From positions 14,999 through 78,998 of the forward strand of contig JAJZTQ010000008.1 of the NCBI GenBank assembly GCA_021848825.1: a stretch of DNA of 64,000 nt. The letters run 5' to 3'. Both the position numbers and the translations under genes were made by a program. Source of the DNA: Pseudomonadota bacterium. Its GTDB lineage: Bacteria; Pseudomonadota; Gammaproteobacteria; Burkholderiales; JABEVD01. Shown one piece after another: positions 48,537 through 58,844 of the stretch. The stretch's first letter is position 1. Every line of letters starts with the position of its first letter. Under the pieces are notes generated by a model, which saw only the letters and a list, made by a program, of their open reading frames with translations, did not search any database and was not told where the DNA came from.

Positions 48537-48841
48537 TGGAAAACTGGATCAAGGTATGCGAACTGGAAGACATCCCTCAGCTAGGCGCCAGGGTGGTCAA
48601 GGGAAAGTCGTGCGAAATCGCGCTCTTCAGGGAGGGCGACAGGATCTATGCGCTGCACGACAAGTGCCCTCACAAGGGCGGCCCGCTCTCGCAGGGAATC
48701 GTCAGCAAGGGTCGGGTCACCTGCCCCCTTCACGGCATGAACATCGGCCTGGAAGACGGACGGGCGATTTCTCCTGACGAAGGCTGCACCGAGACTTTTT
48801 CAGTCAGGATCGAAGAGGGCGCAGTCTATATTTCACTCTGA
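48533..48841 (+). CDS. nirD: Nitrite reductase small subunit (Rieske-like fold)
   Basis: 102 aa with CPHKGGPLSQG...CPLHG. ATGA overlap with nirB. Confidence 0.9.
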   Translation: MMENWIKVCELEDIPQLGARVVKGKSCEIALFREGDRIYALHDKCPHKGGPLSQGIVSKGRVTCPLHGMNIGLEDGRAISPDEGCTETFSVRIEEGAVYISL

Positions 48842-48851
48842 TCGGGAAGAA

Positions 48852-51515
48852 ATGGGAACAAGGACAGTTCGCTCGACCTGCTGCTATTGCGGCGTCGGCT
48901 GCGGCGTGATCATAGGCGCGCGGGAAGGCGTCATCGAATCGGTCAGGGGCGACCCCGACCATCCCGCCAATCACGGCAAGCTTTGCACCAAGGGCGCCAC
49001 GCTCCATCTGACCGCAGGCGGCCATGGCCGCCTGCTTCACCCTTCCCTTTCAGGGAAGAGAATCGGATGGAACGAAGCGCTCGACCATGCCGCAAGGCGC
49101 TTCGCCGAAACAATCGTGAAGCACGGGCCGGAAAGCGTGGCATTCTACATTTCCGGCCAGCTCCTCACCGAGGATTATTACGTCTTCAACAAGCTGGTCA
49201 AGGGCCTGATCGGCACCAACAACATCGACACCAATTCGAGGCTCTGCATGTCGTCAAGCGTGGCGGGGTACAAGGCGACCCTCGGCGCGGATGCGCCGCC
49301 AGCCTGTTACGAGGACATCGATCAGGCGCAATGCATCCTGATCGCCGGATCCAACACCGCGCTCGCCCACCCCGTTCTTTTCAGGCGCATCGAGGCAGCG
49401 AGGGAGAGAAACCCCGATCTGAAGGTCATCGTCATCGACCCCAGGAAAACCGACACCGCAAGAGCGGCAGACCTTCATCTGCCCATCCTTCCGGGGACGG
49501 ACGTCGCCCTCTTCAACGGCATGCTGCATGTGCTGCTCTGGGAAAACCTCATAGACAGGGATTACATCGATGCCCATACGGAAAATTTCGATCGCCTCAA
49601 ATCGATCGTGCACGAATATACGCCGCGTCATGTCGCCCGCCTTTGCGGCATCACTGAAGAAGATCTCGTCAGGGCATCGCTCTGGTTCGGCAATTCGCCA
49701 TCATCCCTCTCCCTCTATTGCCAGGGTCTCAACCAGTCCGTCCATGGCACGGACAAGAACGGCGCGCTGATCAATCTCCATCTCGCAACCGGAAAGATGG
49801 GAAAGCCTGGATCGGGACCCTTTTCCCTGACAGGTCAGCCCAATGCCATGGGCGGCAGGGAAGTGGGCGGGATGGCGAATCTCCTTTCGGGTCACAGGGA
49901 TCTCTCGGACCCTAAGCACAGGCAGGAGGTGGCCGATCTATGGGGAATCGATTCCGTTCCTGAAAAACCGGGAAAGACCGCAGTGGAGATGTTCGAAGCG
50001 CTGCAGGCAGGGGAAATCAGGGCGATCTGGATCGCCTGCACCAATCCCGCCCAGTCCATGCCCGATCTGGCGAAGATCCATGATGCGCTGGAAAAGGCGG
50101 ATTTCGTCGTCGTCCAGGATGCATTTCGCGACACCGAGACGGCGCGCCATGCCGATCTCCTTCTTCCCGCCTCGACCTGGGCCGAAAAGGAAGGCACCGT
50201 GACCAATTCGGAAAGAAGGATCACGCGGGTGAGGGCTGCGGTCCGTCCCCCTGGCGAGGCAAGGGCGGATTGGGAAATCGCGGCCGATTTTGCATTGAGG
50301 CTGGGGAAGCTGCTGGGGAAAAATGCCGGTCGCCTTTTCCCGTACAGGCATCCCGAGGAGATATTTCTCGAGCACAGGGAATCGACAAGGGGAAGGGATC
50401 TCGACATCACCGGGCTCGGTTACGCCATGCTCGAAGAGCAGGGTCCCCAGCAATGGCCTTGTCCGGAAGGCATGAAATCCGGGAAAAAGCGCCTTTACGA
50501 CGAAGGCATATTCCCGACTGCGACAGGACGGGCGAGATTCCACGCGGCCGAATACCAGGGTACCTCGGAAGAAACGGATGCCCGCTATCCTTTCCATCTC
50601 ACCACGGGCAGGCTGCGCGACCAGTGGCACGGCATGACGAGGACGGGCAGGACGGGGCGCCTCTTCAGCCACGATCCGGAAGCCAGTCTTTCCATGAATC
50701 CCGAAGACATGAAATCGAGACAGCTGATTTCGGGCGACATCGTCAGGGTGAAAAGCAGAAGGGGCGAGATGATCGTCTCTCTCAGGCCTGACCCCGACAT
50801 CAGGCAGGGGCAGGTCTATCTGCCGATGCACTGGGGCGGCCGTTATACAGGCGGATTCGGGGTGAACGGGCTCACCGTCGGGGATTTCGATCCCGTTTCC
50901 AAGCAGCCTGAACTCAAGCATGCAGCCGTGATGGTGGAGAAGGTCGAACTCGCCTGGACAGTCTCGGTGCTGAGAAGCGGCGACGCCCTGGAATTCATGG
51001 AAAGGGCTCAGCCCATTCTGAAGCATTTCGATTACGCGAGCGCCACGCTTTTCGGCAGGGAAGAGACGATATTCTCCTTGAAGGCCGGCTGCCTTGCCGC
51101 GCCGGATGCCGATCTCGTTCGCGAGATCGACCGGGTCTTCGATCTGGATGCGGAAGACTGCATGGTTTACCGCGACATCGGATCAGGGATCGACAAGCTG
51201 GTGAAGATCGAAGGGGGGCTCGCGGCAGGGGTCCGCTTCGTCGGCGAATCCGCGGCGCGTCAATGGCTGATGGAAGCGATGGCATCGCGTGCGGATGTTT
51301 CTCTCGTCCGCAGATGGCTGCTTGCGCCGATGTCCGCTCCTCCCACAGTCGAGATGCGGGGCAGGATCGTCTGCAACTGCCTGGACGTCTCAGAGAGCGA
51401 GATAGTCGGATCAGGCCTCGATCTCGCCGGGCTTCAGGCAAAATACAAATGCGGCACCCAATGCGGATCCTGCCTGCCCGAGATCAGGAAACTCCTGGAA
51501 TTGAACGGGCATTGA
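48852..51515 (+). CDS. nasC: Assimilatory nitrate reductase catalytic subunit (molybdopterin) with C-terminal BFD-like [2Fe-2S] domain
   Basis: N-terminal CCYCGVGC...C [4Fe-4S] motif, MopB domains and C-terminal CNC...CGTQCGSC. Confidence 0.9.
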   Translation: MGTRTVRSTCCYCGVGCGVIIGAREGVIESVRGDPDHPANHGKLCTKGATLHLTAGGHGRLLHPSLSGKRIGWNEALDHAARRFAETIVKHGPESVAFYISGQLLTEDYYVFNKLVKGLIGTNNIDTNSRLCMSSSVAGYKATLGADAPPACYEDIDQAQCILIAGSNTALAHPVLFRRIEAARERNPDLKVIVIDPRKTDTARAADLHLPILPGTDVALFNGMLHVLLWENLIDRDYIDAHTENFDRLKSIVHEYTPRHVARLCGITEEDLVRASLWFGNSPSSLSLYCQGLNQSVHGTDKNGALINLHLATGKMGKPGSGPFSLTGQPNAMGGREVGGMANLLSGHRDLSDPKHRQEVADLWGIDSVPEKPGKTAVEMFEALQAGEIRAIWIACTNPAQSMPDLAKIHDALEKADFVVVQDAFRDTETARHADLLLPASTWAEKEGTVTNSERRITRVRAAVRPPGEARADWEIAADFALRLGKLLGKNAGRLFPYRHPEEIFLEHRESTRGRDLDITGLGYAMLEEQGPQQWPCPEGMKSGKKRLYDEGIFPTATGRARFHAAEYQGTSEETDARYPFHLTTGRLRDQWHGMTRTGRTGRLFSHDPEASLSMNPEDMKSRQLISGDIVRVKSRRGEMIVSLRPDPDIRQGQVYLPMHWGGRYTGGFGVNGLTVGDFDPVSKQPELKHAAVMVEKVELAWTVSVLRSGDALEFMERAQPILKHFDYASATLFGREETIFSLKAGCLAAPDADLVREIDRVFDLDAEDCMVYRDIGSGIDKLVKIEGGLAAGVRFVGESAARQWLMEAMASRADVSLVRRWLLAPMSAPPTVEMRGRIVCNCLDVSESEIVGSGLDLAGLQAKYKCGTQCGSCLPEIRKLLELNGH

Positions 51516-51537
51516 TGCCTTTCGCAGGGGCGGATGG

Positions 51538-52638
51538 CTACCTGTGCTGGATGGTTGGAATCTTCTCTTCGCGAGGATCGAGCGCATTCCCGTTCCCGTC
51601 CATCATCGCGCCTGCGCCCCACAGCAGCATCGTTACCAGCAAAACGCTCAGCAATTTGTCCGTCAGGCTCATGTCCTGCTGGTACCAGGCCAGGATGAGC
51701 ATGGCGACCCCGGCAAGAATGAAGAAAACGACAGCGGAAAAACGGCGCCCCCGTGTAGCGGGCGGATCATGTTTTTCCTGACTTGTCCGAGAAGGCATTC
51801 CGGGTTCGGGCCAGTCAGCCGGCCTCCAGCCTGGCGGCTTGTAGAGGAATTGGAGCTTGTCCCCCCATGATTTCGCGCGAAGCATGTTTTGGATCATTTC
51901 CACAAAAACGGCGCTCAATGCCTTGACCGGATTCAGGCTTTCGAGCGGCGTCAGCGTGCCATAGATGCAGGGCTCGTCTTCAGGCTCGAATGTCCCGAAC
52001 ATGCGATCCCAGATGATGAACACGGCCGCATAATTCTTGTTGATGTATTGCCTGTTTATCGCATGATGAACACGATGGTGAGAGGGCGAGTTGAACAGGT
52101 AATCGAACCATCCGAGCTTGCCGATATGTTCGGTATGGACCCATACCTGGTAAACGAGAACGACAAAGGCGGCAGTCCCGTACACTTCCGGAGGCATGCC
52201 GATCAATGCCAGGGGAAGGAAAAACACGCTGTCTATGACCGGAGACGCGCTTTCGTGGCGAAGCGCGGTCGAAAGATTGAAATGCCGGCTTTGATGGTGA
52301 ACGACATGGGATGCCCAGTAGAAATTGCATTCGTGATCCACCCTGTGCAGCCAGTAATTGCAGAGGTCGTAAAGCACGATCGCCAGGGCAACGCCATACC
52401 ACGTTGTCCAGAAATCCCTGTTTCCCCAGTTTGGCGCGTGCTCGTAAAGAAGGGTGTATATGCCGATTTCGAAAAAAGTGGTGCATACCGCAACGGCCTG
52501 GCTGAGTACGCCCTGGCTCAGGCTGCCTATCGTATCGTCTAGACGATAGTTGTTGTTCCGGCTCAACAGGCCATAAAGGAATTCGACGGCCATGAGCAAA
52601 ACAAAAATGGGTATGGCAAGAAGAATGGGTTGAGACAT
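51538..52638 (-). CDS. Fatty-acid hydroxylase / sterol desaturase family membrane protein with extra C-terminal TM region
   Basis: His boxes HRVDHE, HVVHH and HHRVHH; ~110-aa C-terminal extension with TM helices. Confidence 0.8.
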   Translation of the reverse strand: MSQPILLAIPIFVLLMAVEFLYGLLSRNNNYRLDDTIGSLSQGVLSQAVAVCTTFFEIGIYTLLYEHAPNWGNRDFWTTWYGVALAIVLYDLCNYWLHRVDHECNFYWASHVVHHQSRHFNLSTALRHESASPVIDSVFFLPLALIGMPPEVYGTAAFVVLVYQVWVHTEHIGKLGWFDYLFNSPSHHRVHHAINRQYINKNYAAVFIIWDRMFGTFEPEDEPCIYGTLTPLESLNPVKALSAVFVEMIQNMLRAKSWGDKLQFLYKPPGWRPADWPEPGMPSRTSQEKHDPPATRGRRFSAVVFFILAGVAMLILAWYQQDMSLTDKLLSVLLVTMLLWGAGAMMDGNGNALDPREEKIPTIQHR

Positions 52639-52923
52639 TTCCCGATCCGCAAATTCTGATGTTGCAGGAAATCAGCACCGGCGCCGAGATCACAACTCAA
52701 CTATAGTCCCGCGACATTTCAATTTAAAGCGACATCTGCGGGCCCGAAAATCGAATTCCCGCTCCAGTCGTTTCCAATTTGAGCTCAAGCGTCTGCAACA
52801 GGTTCAATTCATGACGCCTGCGTTCCATTCAGCGTTTGCTTGCCGGGCGCTCGATCCATAACTGAGCATGGTATCGCCCGGATTCGGCATCGCTGGCAAA
52901 TATATCCAGCATTTCAACAAGAA

Positions 52924-52942
52924 GGCAATCATCACGATTGCC
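52924..52942. promoter_or_regulatory. Perfect inverted repeat GGCAATC-ATCAC-GATTGCC ~50 bp upstream of the ZIP gene (candidate operator)
   Basis: Read directly. Does not match a Zur/Fur consensus I can recall. Confidence 0.25.
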
Positions 52943-52992
52943 GGTCAGTATCCTATACATAAGATTGGATGGTCTGACGGGAAATCTTCGGA

Positions 52993-53736
52993 ATGAATCT
53001 GCTGGCGTGGATCCTTGTTTTCGCCTTGCTGGGAAGCATAGGCGCTGTCTCGGGTGCGTCCTTGTTCCTGCTTTTCCCGGAACACATGCGCAAGGGGCTT
53101 GTTCCTGCACTGGTCAGCTATGCGACGGGGACGCTGCTCGGCGCAGCCTTCCTGGGCATGCTTCCTGGCGCACTGAATCTCGCTCCCGCCAGGGAAATCA
53201 TGGAAACGGTGCTTTGCGGAATGGTGGGATTCTTCATCCTCGAAAAATTGGTGATCTGGCGCCATTGCCACGAGGAAAGCTGCGAAGCCCATGATCAGGC
53301 CGGGATTCTGATCCTGATCGGAGACGCCTTCCACAATTTCGTTGACGGGGTGGTGATCGCGGCTGCATTCCTGGCTTCTCTCGAGCTTGGCATTGCCGCT
53401 TCACTTGCAGTCATTGCGCATGAAGTTCCCCAGGAAGTGGGCGATTTCGCAATTTTGCTCGACAGCGGTTACGGCCGCGTAAAGGCTTTCATTCTGAACG
53501 GTCTTTCCTCTCTGGCCACGCTGCTTGGCGCTTTGCCTGCCTATTTCTGGCTGGGCGAGACGCGTGCGGCATTGCCCTACATCCTCGCCATCTCGGCATC
53601 GAGCTTCATCTACATTGCAGCTGCGGATCTCATTCCGGGACTGCACAGGCAAACCAGCAGAACCGCTTCACTGAGGCAACTCCTGCTGCTCCTTGCCGGA
53701 ATCGGCACGATATCTTACTTGCGCCTGGGAGACTGA
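52993..53736 (+). CDS. ZIP family divalent-metal transporter (ZupT-like)
   Basis: Eight-TM pattern with HNFVDG and HEVPQEVGDF motifs. Confidence 0.85.
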   Translation: MNLLAWILVFALLGSIGAVSGASLFLLFPEHMRKGLVPALVSYATGTLLGAAFLGMLPGALNLAPAREIMETVLCGMVGFFILEKLVIWRHCHEESCEAHDQAGILILIGDAFHNFVDGVVIAAAFLASLELGIAASLAVIAHEVPQEVGDFAILLDSGYGRVKAFILNGLSSLATLLGALPAYFWLGETRAALPYILAISASSFIYIAAADLIPGLHRQTSRTASLRQLLLLLAGIGTISYLRLGD

Positions 53737-53737
53737 A

Positions 53738-54757
53738 ATGAGCATAACCGCAGAAAAGGGAGGGGGCAGCTTTCAGGGGATCAAGCTGCTTCTTTGCGAA
53801 AATCCCCTTCCGCCGCTGGACGAAGCCATCGCCGCAGCTTGCGCAGAGGCTGCTCACGGCAATTATTACACCGAACCTTATTCTGAACCATTGCGCAAGC
53901 TGATCGCTGCGATGCTCGGCGTCCCGGAAAACCTGATCCACATCAATTCGGGCTCCGAGCTCATCCTTCGCCAATTATTCGACCGATTCGGCAAACAAGT
54001 TCATTTGCTCACGCCCACCTATGCGCTTTTTCCGGAAATCGCCCGACGCTATACCGAGACCAGGCTTTTGCCTGAAAACGATTTCGCCTTTGATCTTCGC
54101 CGCCTGGCGATTCCCCAGGGCACTACGCTCGTCGTCATCGTGAATCCGAACAATCCCAATGGCAGCACATTCGACATGACGTCTTTGCCCGATCTTCTGA
54201 ATCGCCATCCCGGCATCCTGTTTCTCGTCGATGAGGCATTCATCGGGCTTGCCGGGATGTCCGTTGCGCATCTCGTTCCGCATCACGAAAATTTGCTCGT
54301 CACCAGGACCCTCTCCAAGGCTCACAGTCTGGCCGGCTTTCGGGTCGGCTATGCGATCCTGCCCAAGGCCATCGCCGACGACATGAACCGTTGCAACGAC
54401 GCCTATCCACTCGCCCGTCCCAGTCAGGCGGCAGCCATCGCTACGCTGTCGAACGAGGACAGGATCCGCGAGCGCAGCAGGATTCTGCGCGCCTGGACCG
54501 AACAACTGGCCATGCAATTGGGTGAAATGGGCGTGACAATCTACCCGAGCGAAACGTATTTTTTCCTTGCCGATTTCTCGCCTTTCGATGCCGGGATTCT
54601 GGCAAGTGCGCTGAAGGATCAGAACATTCTCGTGAAACCCATGAACGACCCCAACCTGGGGAAAGGATTCATGCGAATCACGACCGCTCTTCCACAGGAC
54701 AATGCGCGTTTCCTCCATGCACTGCGCGGCATTCTCGATCGATTCTCGAAACCATGA
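53738..54757 (+). CDS. Class I/II PLP-dependent aminotransferase (histidinol-phosphate aminotransferase / CobD-like)
   Basis: NPNNPNG, DEAF and TLSKAHSLAGFRVGY (PLP lysine). Starts 1 nt after the ZIP stop. Confidence 0.8.
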   Translation: MSITAEKGGGSFQGIKLLLCENPLPPLDEAIAAACAEAAHGNYYTEPYSEPLRKLIAAMLGVPENLIHINSGSELILRQLFDRFGKQVHLLTPTYALFPEIARRYTETRLLPENDFAFDLRRLAIPQGTTLVVIVNPNNPNGSTFDMTSLPDLLNRHPGILFLVDEAFIGLAGMSVAHLVPHHENLLVTRTLSKAHSLAGFRVGYAILPKAIADDMNRCNDAYPLARPSQAAAIATLSNEDRIRERSRILRAWTEQLAMQLGEMGVTIYPSETYFFLADFSPFDAGILASALKDQNILVKPMNDPNLGKGFMRITTALPQDNARFLHALRGILDRFSKP

Positions 54758-55037
54758 ATCAAGATATCCTGAAGGGCATGTCCTGCAGGAAGGGAATAAC
54801 TCTTTTGCCGGATTTCAGGGAACTGGAATGATTGACATGGGCCATGCACATCTGCCGAGCGCCGACGAGAAAGCGGCCATTGGGGTCAAGAAGCATTTCT
54901 GCCCGGCCAGAACTGCTCACGCATTTCGAAAATGCCTTTCCCTGCCGCTCTGACGGACGATTCCGATCGGTTGCACTGGATCAGGGGAAATGACATCCGG
55001 CTGATCTATATTGGTATTGTCCACAGGAGGAATTTCC

Positions 55038-55157
55038 ATGAAGCGCATCTTCCTTTCCCCGCTCGCCAATCTTGCCATGTGCAGGAATGCTTCGCTCGTT
55101 GCCGCCTCGACAGTTCCCCCCGAAAGCATGACCGAGGAAGAGATCGATGCCGCATGA
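55038..55157 (+). CDS. Candidate 39-aa small protein MKRIFLSPLANLAMCRNASLVAASTVPPESMTEEEIDAA
   Basis: AGGAGG lies 7 nt upstream of the ATG, and the stop overlaps the next gene's ATG (ATGA). Below the ORF-track size cutoff; no homology recognised. Confidence 0.3.
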   Translation: MKRIFLSPLANLAMCRNASLVAASTVPPESMTEEEIDAA

Positions 55158-56296
55158 ATACTGCTCTTTTGAAATGCCTGATGATTTTTCTGGCGATGGT
55201 GGTCTGTGCCCGGCAGATCCAGGCTGCGGAATCCGCGAAGACTGTCGACGTGTATTTCTTCTGGATGCAAGGATGCCCTCACTGCGAAAGGGAAATGAAA
55301 GTCCTGCAGAAAGTCGAGAAGGAGCTGCCGCAGGCGAAGGTGAAATACCTGGAAATCACCGGGAACAGGAGAAACAACGCGCTTTTCTCCGAAATGTCGA
55401 GCAGGCTCGGCATCCGGGAACCGGCTGTGCCTTTGACGGTCGTTGGACGCCGGTACTGGATAGGCTATTCACCTGAGGACGGCAAGGCGATCAGGGAAAG
55501 CATAGAAGCATGCTCGGCTGGAAAATGCGAAGGGGGCATCGAAACCGCGCGCAGCATCGAGGTTCCCCTTCTCGGAGAAATCGAGCCGGCCAGCTATTCC
55601 CTCCCCGTTCTGACGGTCATTCTCGGCGCAGCCGACGGATTCAATCCCTGTGCGATGTGGGCGCTCATCTTTCTGATCGGACTCTTGCTGGGCATGAAGG
55701 ACAGCTTCAGGATGTGGGTGCTTGGAAGCGCCTTCATCGCCGGATCGGCGGCGGTCTATTTCCTGTTCATGTCGGCCTGGCTCAGCCTGTTCCTTTTCAT
55801 CGGCAGGATCGAAGCAGTCAGGATAGCGATCGCCTTCGTTGCCCTGGCGGGAGGCATCCATTATCTGCGGGAATACCGCATGAACAGAGAGGCATCCTGC
55901 GCCGTGATTGCACCCGAGAGGCGGCAGAAGGTGTTTTCAAGAATGAAAGCGCTGGCTCTGGATCGCAATTTCCTTGTCGCCCTGTTCGGCATCCTGCTCC
56001 TGGCATTCCTGGTCAACTTGATCGAGCTCATGTGTTCGGCTGGAATCCCGGCTGTCTATGCCCAGGTGCTTGCCATGCACAGGCTTCAGGCATGGCAGCA
56101 TTACGTCTACATGGGGCTCTACATCCTGGTTTTCATGGCCGACGATCTGGCTGTTTTCGTGGCCGCCATGCTGACGCTGCGCGTGAGCGGGATGACGGGG
56201 AAATACGCTCGATTTTCGCATCTTCTCGGCGCAGCGGTGTTGCTGATCATCGCCGTCCTGATGCTGTTTCGTCCGCAATGGCTGATGCTGGGGTGA
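55154..56296 (+). CDS. Fusion of periplasmic thioredoxin/DsbA-like domain (CPHC) with CcdA/DsbD-like membrane domain
   Basis: Signal peptide, WMQGCPHCE, a second pair CSAGKC, then TM helices with DGFNPCAMW and ELMCSAGIP. Confidence 0.75.
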   Translation: MNTALLKCLMIFLAMVVCARQIQAAESAKTVDVYFFWMQGCPHCEREMKVLQKVEKELPQAKVKYLEITGNRRNNALFSEMSSRLGIREPAVPLTVVGRRYWIGYSPEDGKAIRESIEACSAGKCEGGIETARSIEVPLLGEIEPASYSLPVLTVILGAADGFNPCAMWALIFLIGLLLGMKDSFRMWVLGSAFIAGSAAVYFLFMSAWLSLFLFIGRIEAVRIAIAFVALAGGIHYLREYRMNREASCAVIAPERRQKVFSRMKALALDRNFLVALFGILLLAFLVNLIELMCSAGIPAVYAQVLAMHRLQAWQHYVYMGLYILVFMADDLAVFVAAMLTLRVSGMTGKYARFSHLLGAAVLLIIAVLMLFRPQWLMLG

Positions 56297-56570
56297 AGCT
56301 CAGCCCTTCAGAGAGGCAAGACTTCGCCTGGCCCTCCGCGCTTTCCGGTTTGGCGAGTGCTCGCGCCCAGCCCCTTGCAACAAGGCCGAAACCCGCTCGT
56401 ATACCGCCTTCCGGGGACCCGGCGCTTCCTTCACCACCTTCATGATTTTCCGAAACCACTCCGGATTTCTATCGTCTATTATCTTCGTCACAGTGATTGC
56501 TTTCCATTCGATTCTTCGTGATAGACATGACCTTTCAAACAACAGCGATATCTTTTCATAAAACTATTAA

Positions 56571-58844
<2,274 letters not shown>

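Noticed and set aside
52829-53110. 93-aa minus-strand ORF across the ZIP promoter and start
   Set aside because: It overlaps the ZIP gene start. The only non-overlapping portion (43 codons from 52960) has no SD and no recognisable family. It may be a relic, but I cannot support that.
54932-55153. 74-codon upstream extension of the thioredoxin/CcdA-like ORF
   Set aside because: A signal peptide begins at Met 55154. The extension has no SD and a Arg/His-rich composition.
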